A stretch of 59,055 nt of DNA, counting the filler. It is 8 parts of 8 records of this genome, joined end to end, with 100 filler letters (N's around TTAATTAATTAA, not from the genome) between each part and the next. Parts side by side here need not be neighbours in the genome. Positions count along the whole stretch, not along the records: positions 16,015 to 21,560 come from SRR31147125_3654; positions 21,661 to 27,969 come from SRR31147125_3664; positions 28,070 to 35,102 come from SRR31147125_3667; 5 more parts are not named here. One strand, written 5' to 3'. Shown one piece after another: positions 19,494-29,941 of this stretch (position 1 is the stretch's first letter; each line of letters opens with the position of its first letter). Position numbers and translations under genes: made by a program. Below the pieces are notes generated by a model. It did not search any database and had not been told where the DNA came from. It was given only the letters and a program-made list of their open reading frames with translations.

Positions 19494-21560
19494 TTATTTC
19501 AATATAAAACTTGCCGGTTGATTGGCTTTTATCTGAAATGAAAAGGAATCATTTACAATCTCAATACCCTTTTCTTCAATAATATTATTTCTTAAATCGC
19601 ACAGATAGGCACGTTTAAAGTCATTTCCTTGTATCAAGCTTACATCGCATGTACCAGCCTTGCCTGCCTGTTCCCAAAGTCTAAGAACCATTCCTTCCTG
19701 ACTTTCATAAAATGCTGTAAGCAATACACCTTTTTTGCTCAGGCTCACACCCTTTTGCGTTAATGGATATTCCCCTGCTGCACCTTCATAAAAAGCACCT
19801 TCCAACGGAACCCGTGTTTCTTCTGTTGGTGTAATCAGGCTTTTTTCAGAATCGTAATTGTTATAGCTCCAGATATACATTTTTGAAGAAAACGAACCTT
19901 CAATCCACTCCGTAAAGTTGGTTCCCCATTGGTTATTAAAGAGATTCACAAACACATTTCCACTTGTAAATTCCTTCTTCCCTGAAAATTGGAATAATCC
20001 GGGATTATCGATACTAACGCCAGGAGATTCAGGACAATTGATTGCAACACCATTTCCATCGTTTCCAAAAACTGACATTGATGTGTTCAGGAAAAAATAA
20101 TCAAAATTGGTATTTTCCACAAAATCGGTTTGTGGGTCAACAATTCCACCAGTTCTTAAAACACGGTAGTTTGAATTTTCAACGTTAAAAGGAAACGATA
20201 ACCAACCAGCTTCGGGTAGTGAGCTTGGTTTTTTACCATCAACTCCCCAATTCATTTCTACATAAGGCTGATTCTCATACAAGGTATAAGTTACCAAATA
20301 CCGTTGTTCATTGCTATCGTTCAATTTTCCCCACACCGTTGCCCGAACAGCATTTCCCATGTGTTTGTAGGTAATTTTTGCACATGTCCCCGTACAAATA
20401 ATACTTTCCTTTTTAGGTATCAATGGACGAATCATCTCATCATTTGCCCAATTTTCGGCACCCGGTTTTACATAATTTTTATTGTACTGGTCAATTACAT
20501 TTTGTCCCGGACGTTCAAGAATATAGGTCCCAAAATTATATTTACTTTCTTTAGATGTTAGCTCTCTTTTGTTTTGTTTATCAAACAGGCTTATCAGCGT
20601 ACCTTTCTCTTTGTCTATTTGAAGTTTGAAATACTTGTTTTCAAGCGTATTCAGGCTTTCATCAATAGCTACAAAGTTTTCTGCTGAAATTGGTTCTAAA
20701 ACCGGAATATAGGTTTTATATCCACATGCAGGAATCCCATTTGCATCGAACGAAAGCAAGTTATAATCTTCATAAACAGGTATTTTTTCTCCTGTAAGTG
20801 CGTCTTTTAAGGCATGAATTTTAAATTGCTTTTTATAAATTCCTGCAAAAAAGTTAACCCTGCCGCTTCTTTCCCACGGAAGAGGGTTATAAACAACAAT
20901 TCTTTTCCCCTCGATATTTACCGATGCTGCCAGTTGTTTTAGTTGCTTACGCAATAAAGGCTTTACTATTTTTTCTGCTTTGCGTATTCGGTTTCCCTTT
21001 TCAATCCACGAACCTTCCAGGTAATCATAATTTCCCAAGGATTTATTTATTTTAAACTCCTCGTCGTAAGTCCATTTGTGTTGGTCGGCGTGAGTCATTG
21101 CGGCTCCAAAAGTATGCTCATCGTATAACATCATATTTTCAGCTGCTAATTTAATCGCCGGGCTGACAGAGTTAGAAACCATTCCCCACTGATTCATTTG
21201 GCAATTTAAAATCTCGGTATTGAAAGTTTTACGCTGAAGTTCCTTATTTAGCTTGGTTTCGCGTGGCATCGACATGTAACCATGAATCCAGGTATCGGGC
21301 ATATCTCCGCTTACTACCGGCAATTCGGGATTCTCTTTGATTAGCAAGTCATGAAAATCGGAAAGCCGACCAATTTTCACATTCACATTTGGCAGCTTTT
21401 CTTTTGCCTCTTTCAAAAGTTCAGCTACATATTCAGGAGATGGCGCTCCTGTATTTTCATGCGTGTGAATCATTGCCAGCCACGTTTTATGCGGCCAATC
21501 TTTTGGAGGTAATATTCCCGAGCCATAATACTCGGCCCAATACAGGGTTAAAAGCTTTTT
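19494..21560 (-). CDS. GH38-like alpha-mannosidase, 5'-truncated by contig end
   Basis: Frame open to contig edge; GDMPDTWIHG, YDEHTFG, VYNPLPWER, LENKYF, NLFNNQWGTNF, LRLWEQAG. Confidence 0.75.
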   Translation of the reverse strand, partial: KKLLTLYWAEYYGSGILPPKDWPHKTWLAMIHTHENTGAPSPEYVAELLKEAKEKLPNVNVKIGRLSDFHDLLIKENPELPVVSGDMPDTWIHGYMSMPRETKLNKELQRKTFNTEILNCQMNQWGMVSNSVSPAIKLAAENMMLYDEHTFGAAMTHADQHKWTYDEEFKINKSLGNYDYLEGSWIEKGNRIRKAEKIVKPLLRKQLKQLAASVNIEGKRIVVYNPLPWERSGRVNFFAGIYKKQFKIHALKDALTGEKIPVYEDYNLLSFDANGIPACGYKTYIPVLEPISAENFVAIDESLNTLENKYFKLQIDKEKGTLISLFDKQNKRELTSKESKYNFGTYILERPGQNVIDQYNKNYVKPGAENWANDEMIRPLIPKKESIICTGTCAKITYKHMGNAVRATVWGKLNDSNEQRYLVTYTLYENQPYVEMNWGVDGKKPSSLPEAGWLSFPFNVENSNYRVLRTGGIVDPQTDFVENTNFDYFFLNTSMSVFGNDGNGVAINCPESPGVSIDNPGLFQFSGKKEFTSGNVFVNLFNNQWGTNFTEWIEGSFSSKMYIWSYNNYDSEKSLITPTEETRVPLEGAFYEGAAGEYPLTQKGVSLSKKGVLLTAFYESQEGMVLRLWEQAGKAGTCDVSLIQGNDFKRAYLCDLRNNIIEEKGIEIVNDSFSFQIKANQPASFILK

Positions 21561-21660
21561 NNNNNNNNNNNNNNNNNNNNNNNNNNNNNNNNNNNNNNNN
21601 NNNNTTAATTAATTAANNNNNNNNNNNNNNNNNNNNNNNNNNNNNNNNNNNNNNNNNNNN
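21561..21660. other. Artificial contig spacer
   Basis: N44-TTAATTAATTAA-N44. Confidence 0.99.
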
Positions 21661-21987
21661 ATCCGAGTGATCGACGATATAACGGACATCCTTGGGCAGG
21701 TTGGACTGGTAGATGCCCACCGTCACCGCTCCGATGCTGGTGATGCCCATATCGCACAGCACCCATTGATAGCGCGAATAGCTGAGAATGTTGACTTTGT
21801 CGCCTTTTTCCACTCCCAGCGCCATGAGTGATTTGCCCACCTGTCGGACCTGATCGTAAAACTGGTTCCAGGTCACCGAATCGGTTTGCCCAGGCTCGGT
21901 AAACCACTTGTAGGCGCTCGTCGTGCCATATTTATCGACCGTTTGTTTAAGCATGGCGTGAATGTTGGGATAATCGATAAACTCCAT
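21661..21987 (-). CDS. Long-chain fatty acid-CoA ligase, N-terminal part
   Basis: MEFIDYP...VTWNQF...LGVEKGDKVNILS...GAVTVGIY...YIVDHSD; AGGAG RBS. Confidence 0.85.
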
Positions 21988-22058
21988 ACAGCTTTCTCCT
22001 CCTTTGTGCGGAAATGGCCTGCCGCGGTTCATATGCACTGCTCACACACCAATGGGAC

Positions 22059-22078
22059 GGGACGTTCTTAACATATTA
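22059..22078 (+). repeat. REP-like arm of the contig-4 repeat family
   Basis: GGGACGTTCTTAACATATTA, 16/20 identical to 24001-24020. Confidence 0.55.
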
Positions 22079-22558
22079 GCCTATCGGGTCTTGATCGTCA
22101 TTTCATACCCAATGATCCGGAACTGCCGCGATAAGTTAAAGCGCTAAGAAACCCATTATACATAATAGTTCTCGAAGATGGTGAAATTTTTAGCGGGAAT
22201 TATTTCGTTAAGCAACGCTGAAATCAGCGGAAGGCCGGTCGGCAGACTCTCGCGGGATCTTTTGGATGATTCGGGCATGCGCTTTGATCCTTGAATTTCA
22301 TGGAATTGGCGAGACGGGAACCAGGAGGTCGCCCAGAACTTGATAAACTTTGCGGGCTGTTGATTATCATCCCACTGCCATTGTTCGAGGATACTTAACA
22401 TCCCTCAATTGTTTAAAATGCACTTACTGGTATTGCGGCAATAACCCTGATGATTATGGTTGAATTTATAAACTACGAAATATTTGATTTCACACTCAAT
22501 ATCAGCCCTGTATTCAAGCCTTCTTGGATATTGCTGACACAACACAGAAGGCTACTCC

Positions 22559-23062
22559 ATGTCACCTGAAGGAATCTTTCAGATTGCATTGATCTTAGCT
22601 GCATTTCTATGCTCACTGGTAGCGGGTTTCTTGTTTGCTTTTGCCTTAGTGGTGATGCCGGGCATAAAAGGTCTAAAAGACCCGGAGTTCATCCGGGCTT
22701 TTCAGGTAATGGATCGCATTATACAAAATAATCAGCCTGTTTTTGTGTTGGTTTGGGTTGGTTCAGTCGTGGCCTTGGTGATCTCGGTTGCGCTTGGTAT
22801 CGGGCAGTTAGCCGGAGCCGGGCGTCTGATCATAATCTCGGCTGCACTGGCCTATCTTCTCGGCGTCCAATTGCCAACGGCCATTATCAACATACCGCTG
22901 AACAACAAACTACAAACGGTGGATGTCGAGGCTGCAAATGAAGCGGCCCAAGAAGCTGCTCGTCAGGACTTCGAACCGCATTGGAACCGATGGAACTCAA
23001 TCAGGACGGCCTTTGCGAGTATGGCATCCGCGTTATTAATAATTCTACTCTTCAGACTTTGA
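22559..23062 (+). CDS. DUF1772 / anthrone oxygenase family membrane protein
   Basis: LVAGFLFAFALVVMPG, FIRAFQVMDRII, NIPLNNKL, RQDFEPHWNRWNSIRT. Confidence 0.85.
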   Translation: MSPEGIFQIALILAAFLCSLVAGFLFAFALVVMPGIKGLKDPEFIRAFQVMDRIIQNNQPVFVLVWVGSVVALVISVALGIGQLAGAGRLIIISAALAYLLGVQLPTAIINIPLNNKLQTVDVEAANEAAQEAARQDFEPHWNRWNSIRTAFASMASALLIILLFRL

Positions 23063-23110
23063 AGGTCGCAGTCCCAATTTGATGATTGAGAATAAACAAC
23101 GGGGGAGACC

Positions 23111-23970
23111 ATGCCAAAAACAACAGGTAGAGACCCGCAGGGAGCGAATAATATATTGGTGATTGGCGGTACCGGTAAGACCGGCCGGCGTGTGGCGGAA
23201 CGGCTTGAGGAGATCGGTATGCAGGTAAGAATCGGCTCACGTTCCGTTGAGCCGCCATTCGATTGGGAAAATCCGGAAACCTGGGCAGCGGCTCTCGATG
23301 GAATGGACAAGGTTTACATCACATATCAGCCCGATTTGGCGGTCCCTGGTGCTCGGCAAGCCATTGACGGATTTACCAGCAAAGCGGTCAAAGGCGGAAT
23401 ACAAAAAATGGTCTTGCTTTCTGGGAGGGTGAAAAAGAAGCTGAGCTCTGCGAACAGGTGGTGATGAATGCCGGGGTTGACTGGACGATTGTTCGGGCCA
23501 GCTGGTTCAATCAGAATTTCAGTGAAAGCTTTTTCCTGGACCCAATATTAGAGGGCCAAGTTGCTCTACCAAGAGCAGAAGCGCTTGTGCCTTATGTTGA
23601 CGCGGATGACATTGCGGATGTTGTGATAGAATCCCTATTGGATGACAAGCATACCGGCCAAATTTTAGAATTGACAGGCCCGCGCCAATTGACATTCAAA
23701 CAGGTCATCGAAGAGATTTCAAAGGTCACTGGCAGGGAGATCCTGTTTAATTCGGTTACGATGGATGAGTACACAAAAATGCTCAGAGAATATCAAGTGC
23801 CGGAGGATTACATCTGGTTGATCAATTATCTTTTTACGGAAGTTTTGGTCGACAGGAATTCCAGCATCACCAATGACGTCCAAAAGGTACTTGGAAGGCC
23901 GGCAAAGGATTTTGCCGAGTATGCCAGAGAAACAGCTACAACCGGAATATGGAATCCTGACCCAAAGTGA
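23111..23970 (+). CDS. NmrA-like NAD(P)H-binding protein (frameshift near 23425)
   Basis: ILVIGGTGKTGRRVA, FDW, VLLSG/GEKEAELCEQ, WTIVRASWFNQNFSE, VDADDIA, ELTGP. Confidence 0.87.
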
Positions 23971-24000
23971 ATGAATCTCTGGACGTCATAGCGCGTCATA

Positions 24001-24093
24001 GGGACGTCCTAAACTAATTACCTTTGCATGCCATTGTTATGCCATTGTTTTGGAATTTTAAATGGAAAGTTAACAAGTTAAGGGCATCCGTGT
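24001..24093 (+). repeat. REPIN-like element, copy A
   Basis: Imperfect inverted arms 24001-24020 and 24071-24090; 24041-24093 matches 26629-26681 at 43/53 ungapped. Confidence 0.65.
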
Positions 24094-24205
24094 ATCCTCC
24101 CTACGGCGATCCACATTTTTAAAGACGTCACCTGTCGTAATTCAATCTCATCGTGCTTAACGTTAAACTTTTGTCCCAATCTGAACCACCGACGGGAGTG
24201 TTGCG

Positions 24206-25574
24206 ATGGAAGCACAGGAGGCTGAAAAAACCGAACGGGCCCGGAAATCGATTATCGATAAGGTCCTGGAGCGTACCATGGCGGTCAGCCGTGAAGAGGC
24301 GAAGGCTCTCGGTTGGGCATTCAGCTATTTCTTCGCGCTGTTGTGCAGCTATTACATCATTCGCCCCATGCGTGACGAAATGGGAATTGCCGGTGGCGTG
24401 GAGCATCTGCAGTGGTTATTCAGTGGAACGTTTCTGGCAATGCTGGCGGTCGTCCCCTTATTCGGCTGGATCACGCGGCGGTACACCACGCAGCGGTTTC
24501 TTCCCTTTGTCTATTATTTTTTTGTCGGCAACCTGCTGGTCTTCTATGCTCTTTTTAAATCCGACGTTACGCATGCTTATGTGGCCCGCGCCTTCTTTAT
24601 TTGGGTCAGCGTCTTCAATCTATTTGTTGTATCTGTCTTTTGGAGTTTCATGGCCGACACCTTTACTAATCAGCAGGCCAAGCGCCTGTTCGGCGTCATC
24701 GCCGCGGGCGGCACGGCCGGAGCCCTCAGTGGCCCCATGCTGACTGCAGCCCTGGTGGTTCACATAGGGCCAGCCAACCTGCTGCCACTGGCGGCCGCCG
24801 TACTGGCCTGGGCGGTGTTGTGCATCCATCGGCTGATCGCCTGGAAGCGATCCACATCTGCTCCCCCTCCGACCTGATGGTGAAAATTCGTCAGCAGCAT
24901 CCCGGTCCAAACCGGAACCCCGTTCGGATAAGGTTATGGGCGGCAGTATTTTTGCCGGTGTCCAACTGGTCTTTCGATCTTCCTATTTGGTCGGTATCTG
25001 CCTGCTGATCCTTTTGTACTCATCTTTGGCGACGTTCTTGTACTTTCACCAGGCACAGATCGTCAAAGAGAGTTTCGACGACGCAGCTACCCGTACCGCC
25101 GTCTTTGCGGTCATGGATTTCAGCGTCAACGCCATCACCTTGGCCGTCCAAATTTTCATAACCGGCAGATTGATCCGAAAGATCGGGGTGGGCTGGACGC
25201 TGGCGCTGATCCCGGTGCTGTTGGTTATCGGATTTCTTGCCTTGGGTACTGCACCCGTTTTGGGGGTGATCGTGGTGGTGCAGATCCTGCGCCGGGCCGG
25301 CAATTATGCGATAATGCGTCCGGCCCGTGAAATGCTCTATGTCGTTCTCGGCAGAGAAGAAAAGTACAAAGCCAAAAATTTTATCGACACCGTTGTCTAC
25401 CGGGGAGGGGACGCAGTAAGCGCATGGTTTTATGCAGCCCTGCAAGGCTTGGGGCTGTCGGCTTCCCATATCGCCCTGATGGCGGCTCCCCTTGCCGCAA
25501 TTTGGTCCTGGATATCATTCAGGCTGGGAAAACGCCAGGAACGGATGGCGGAGACAACTTCATCCGAAAAGTAA
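24206..25574 (+). CDS. NTP/NDP exchange (TLC/Npt-like, COG3202-type) MFS transporter (frameshift near 24865)
   Basis: YYIIRPMRDEMG, SVFWSFMAD, QAKRLFG, RPAREMLY...EEKYKAKNFIDTVVYRGGD. Confidence 0.82.
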
Positions 25575-25599
25575 CTATCGGCCAAGGAAGGAGGCCATT

Positions 25600-26534
25600 A
25601 TGAATGATATACACTTATCCATGACGCGACGCTCGTTTCTGGAAACGACCGCCGCCTTGATGTCGACGCTGCTGCTGACACCTGCAATGGCATGGGCACA
25701 AACGCAACGCATGGTGAAACGAACGATTCCGTCCAGTGGAGAAAGTCTGTCGGTTATGGGGATGGGGACTTCACGAACTTTTGATGTCCATGGCGATACT
25801 GCCACTATGACGCAATTGGCACAGGTGCTGGAGGCCTTTTTCGCCAACGGCGGCGAGTTGATCGATTCATCGCCCATGTACGGCGCCGCCGAAAGCGTGG
25901 TGGGCGAACTGCTCGAATCGATTTCTATACCCGATCGATTGGTTACCGCCACCAAGGTGTGGACCGACGGTCGGCAGTCCGGCATTTCCCAGATGGAGCG
26001 GTCGAGGCAACGGTTGGGGGTCGATGTCATCGATTTAATGCAAATCCACAATCTGCGCGATTGGAAGACCCACCTGCCGGTTCTCAGGGAGTGGAAACGG
26101 CAGGGAAAAATCCGTTACATCGGCATTACCACATCTCACGGACGCTTTCGAGCGGATCTGAAGGAGATACTACGAAGCGAGACGTTCGATTTCGTTCAGT
26201 TCAGCTACAACATCGAAGACCGCAGTGCCGAAAGAGAGTTGCTGCCGGTAGCCGCTCAGCACGGGATCGCCACCCTGATCAACCGTCCGTTTCAACGCGG
26301 TAGCCTTTTTCCCGGACCAAAGGGCTCCGTCTTCCGGAGTGGAGCGGGGAATTCGACTGCCACAGCTGGGCCCAGTTCTTCCTCAAGTTCATTATTTCGC
26401 ATCCGGATGTCACTTGCGTCATACCGGCGACTTCGAAAGTCAGGCATATGCAGGATAATATGGCGGCAGGTTTCGGTCGACTGCCGGATGCCGAAATGCG
26501 GAAACGCATGATCGCCTATTTCGAATCGCTATAA
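25600..26534 (+). CDS. Aldo/keto reductase with twin-arginine signal peptide (frameshift near 26308)
   Basis: TRRSFLET...AMAWA signal; GMGT, IDSSPMYG, ATKVW, DLMQIHN, GKIRYIGIT; shifted tail WAQFFLKF...VIPATSK; GGAGG RBS. Confidence 0.88.
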
Positions 26535-26577
26535 AAGCTAAACTACCAGCGCCTGCATGGATCAGTCCGGGGACCAT

Positions 26578-26681
26578 GGGCATACCCTTAACTTATTAAC
26601 TTCACAGGATAATGATTATCATTCCATAGCCATTGTGTTAGAATATTTAATGGAAAGTTATCAGGGTAAGGGAGTCCCTGT
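26578..26681 (+). repeat. REPIN-like element, copy B
   Basis: Left arm GGGCATACCCTTAACTTATTA, inverted right arm ...TAAGGGAGTCCC; homologous to copy A. Confidence 0.65.
26608..26626. promoter_or_regulatory. Fur-box-like sequence
   Basis: GATAATGATTATCATTCCA, 15/19 to consensus GATAATGATAATCATTATC. Confidence 0.35.
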
Positions 26682-26965
26682 TCTCTCGTCCCGGCAGGCC
26701 CCACCGGCCCCATGGGGGTAGAATTGATCGGTGATATAATAAATGTTCGGTGAGTTGAACTTTAAAGAAACAACCACAAAAACAGAGGCGCCATATGATT
26801 CGAACACGTTGGCGAAACGGCATTGGGCAAGGATTCTGTTTGTTCGGGATAGGGGCACGTTTGGTACTTGGAATGCCCATTAAATTATATTAGACGGTAA
26901 TGAAATATTAATGGAAACTGAAGAACAATATAATTGAAGAGGTGTCCCTCTCGCTCCAAAATAAA

Positions 26966-27724
26966 ATGATTATCAGAAGCGAAAATCCATCAGACATTGA
27001 AGCGATCGCCGAAGTCACTAAGGTGGCTTTTGAGGATCATCCGTTCAGTCAACAGACAGAGCATTTTATCATTCGTGATCTCCGTGCCGCCGGCGCACTG
27101 ACCATATCGTTGGTGAGTGAAGTTGATGGGCGGGTTGTTGGGCACATTGCCTTTTCGCCCTTAACGATTTCCGATGGAACGACAAACTGGTATGGCCTTG
27201 GTCCGGTGTCTGTGCTGCCGGATTATCAGGGACGCCGAATAGGTACGGCGCTGGTCAATAATGGGCTGTCGTTGCTGAAGTCTATGGGTAGCAAAGGCTG
27301 TGCCCTTGTGGGGTTGCCTACATACTACAATCGGTTTGGCTTTACGAACCATCCTCAGCTAATTCATGAGGGAATACCACAAGAAGTCTTTGTGGCAAAG
27401 TCCCTTGCTGGAAGAGTGCCATGTGGGACGGCTGAGTTTCATCAGGCATTTAAGCAGCTGTCGGTAATTGAAAAAGATGCCATTACCGATGTCATTATCG
27501 ACTATGACATTGCCGGTATAAGGGTTGATCTTGCGAACCCGGCGATTGAAAGTCAAATGGAAAAAGAAATTTTGACTGAAATGCCGGATGGCAGGTTCAT
27601 GATGCGACCTTCAGCACTGGCAGAGTATGACTCATATTTTGCTCAGGTTGGTCAACTCAGGGCCGCAGAGATGAGTCGTGTGCACAAGAATCCGATATTG
27701 GCGGCGATTAAGTATGGAAAATAA
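26966..27724 (+). CDS. GNAT N-acetyltransferase (YhbS-like) with ~90-aa C-terminal extension
   Basis: LRAAGALTISLV, VVGHIAFSP, WYGLGPVSVLPDYQGRRIG, YYNRFGF, EFHQAF, then extra sequence; alternative GTG start at 26942. Confidence 0.85.
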   Translation: MIIRSENPSDIEAIAEVTKVAFEDHPFSQQTEHFIIRDLRAAGALTISLVSEVDGRVVGHIAFSPLTISDGTTNWYGLGPVSVLPDYQGRRIGTALVNNGLSLLKSMGSKGCALVGLPTYYNRFGFTNHPQLIHEGIPQEVFVAKSLAGRVPCGTAEFHQAFKQLSVIEKDAITDVIIDYDIAGIRVDLANPAIESQMEKEILTEMPDGRFMMRPSALAEYDSYFAQVGQLRAAEMSRVHKNPILAAIKYGK

Positions 27725-27969
27725 TGATGATGATCCAGGGCGATGTGGATTTTGGGGAGGTCTTTTCTACGGTAATCTTTTTTTATGTTCTCTTTGAAAT
27801 CATTACTCATTTGCTATATTAAAAAAAGTATAAATGTTTGCTATCGTCGAATTATAAATAATTTCAATAAATAACGATTCTACTATCAGTAAAAACAATT
27901 AATGCTTTCCCCGAGTATACCGATATCGAAAGTATCCTTTTCCGAACGGAAGGGCGATTCAGCATACTG

Positions 27970-28069
27970 NNNNNNNNNNNNNNNNNNNNNNNNNNNNNNN
28001 NNNNNNNNNNNNNTTAATTAATTAANNNNNNNNNNNNNNNNNNNNNNNNNNNNNNNNNNNNNNNNNNNN
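27970..28069. other. Artificial contig spacer
   Basis: N44-TTAATTAATTAA-N44. Confidence 0.99.
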
Positions 28070-29936
28070 CGAGAAATTGCAGGTGCAGCTTTGGCTGCTT
28101 CAAACGGACGGGCGTCACCTCTCCACCAAGGAACATTAAAACGACTTCCAAAAATCGGAATACCATCAAAAAGCAATCGTCCATTATTAAGAGTGATCGG
28201 TTTATTTTCAATTTCCCCTTTTGATTCACCCTCTGGTATTTCTGAAACGCATATAGCATCAGCTTTTTCAGTTGAAATAGGGTTTCTTTCTGAAGCTTGC
28301 TGTATATAATCTTTTAATTGAATCGGAGGCTCCACTGCCTGCGCTGTAAAAACAGCTGCTTGTTCAATTGTAGGACTTGATGTTGACTCCCCGCCAAAAG
28401 GCAGAATTTCATCTTTATAAATTTCATTTTTTTCTTCAGTCGTTCTGCAAGTTGAGCAAAGAAAAGACTTCGGGGACGGATATGACTATTTGCCTCATAC
28501 CACAATCCATTACCAGCAAACCGGGCCCATGCACCATACGCCCAATTTTGCGCAGTTGGTGGAGCAAAACATTCAATTTTTGCTGCTGAACATTGCCACA
28601 TCATAGAATTGGCAGCTGACCAGCCTACCCCTCGCCCATCTTGTCCATGATCCTTGAAACTTAGCGCTTGTCCATCAATACTCACGATGTCAAATAAAAC
28701 TCCGGAAGCCCAACTATCTATTGCCCCGCTGAAGTTATTCGGCAAGACCGCTTCACATTGAACAAAGGCATTTGGTCCAGCAGCAGCAAAGCCAGTAGAA
28801 AAATCATGCCATCCATTTTCAGAATAACATCGCTTAAATAAGGTTTGCTGTCCCATGGTGAAAAAAGTATTTCTCCTGTGTCCTGCAATCTCTCCAACCG
28901 GATCAATTGAAATACAGTCTTCCACTGTTATTTTGCTCGCCGTCTCAAACAGTGCGACAGCTGAACCGGCAAAATGTTGAAATTTCACTTGTCGAACCCA
29001 TGCATTGGTGACATTCTCCATGGTAATAGCAAACCAGCAATGATTTTCATCCTTTATATTCTCCAGGCTATAATCTGACTCAAGTACCAGGTTCTCAATT
29101 CCAATATTAGAAATTCTTCCCTGCCAAGATAATATGCCAACTTTTGCATTTCCATACTTTTCATCGATCGCAGTTGTTAGTGGAGCATCCAAAAATAAGG
29201 TATCTCCTGAAACCTTGATAACACTCCGCTCCCAAACTATATCTCGCTGACCGGGCTTCCATCCCCACCATCCGGTTTTTCCTCCGAACTCATTCATTCC
29301 AAGCTTATCAATCCATTTCTGTGCCGAAGGCCGATGAACTGCAACTTGCATACCTTCCTTAAATGATGAAGCTTTTGTTACTGTTATTTTCTTTGAACCA
29401 ACAGGCACATAATCTGAAATAATATCTGTTTGTTCATTCAATTCAATATTATTTTCTCCACATACACGGATCAATGTTTCACGGTCAAGACCTGTTGCCC
29501 TTAAAATTGTCTTGCTTCCACTTCCACGCAGAACAATTCCAGAATGCTTTAGCTCAAAACGACCATTGACCTTATAAACACCTTCTTCGAGTAGGATTGC
29601 TCCACGAAAACCATTTTCTTGTAATGCCAAATTAGATACATAATCAATTGCTTTAGAAATAGCAGCAGTCGCATCACCTTTTGTTGCTCGCACAACAACT
29701 TTTACAGGTACCTCTGGAATATAAACATTCGATGATTGATAACCACAATACGAATAATCAGGAATTTGATTTCCAAGACTGTCAGGGGAATATTGAAGTT
29801 TACCGTTTTCCCAACGCAGCGCTGGAAATTCGTACTTTTGAGCTTGTGCAAGAAAGGTATTCAGCACAAAAAAAGCGAGCAACATAAGCACCTTATGTTG
29901 CATCACTTTTATATTCTGAATTCTAATATTTTGCAT
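28070..29936 (-). CDS. Secreted pectate-lyase-like beta-helix protein (DUF6298-type), frameshift at T7 run ~28426-28432, 3'-truncated
   Basis: Signal peptide; GNQIPDYSYCGY, DATAAISKAID, GAILLEEG, SGIVLRGSG, WASGVLFD, PRSLFFAQL; continues in the ORF 28018-28335 frame. Confidence 0.75.
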
Positions 29937-29941
29937 CTATT

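Noticed and set aside
22156-22401. 81-aa minus-strand ORF
   Set aside because: No recognisable motif and atypical composition; cannot be supported without homology.
24153-26303. Alternative-frame ORFs (24153-24743, 25020-25469, 25575-26051, 25959-26303)
   Set aside because: Overlap the transporter and AKR genes; expected shadows in GC-richer DNA.
24001-26681. Integron attC sites or a CRISPR array
   Set aside because: Ends do not fit RYYYAAC/GTTRRRY cleanly, no integrase or cas gene is present, and copies are kilobases apart rather than regularly spaced.
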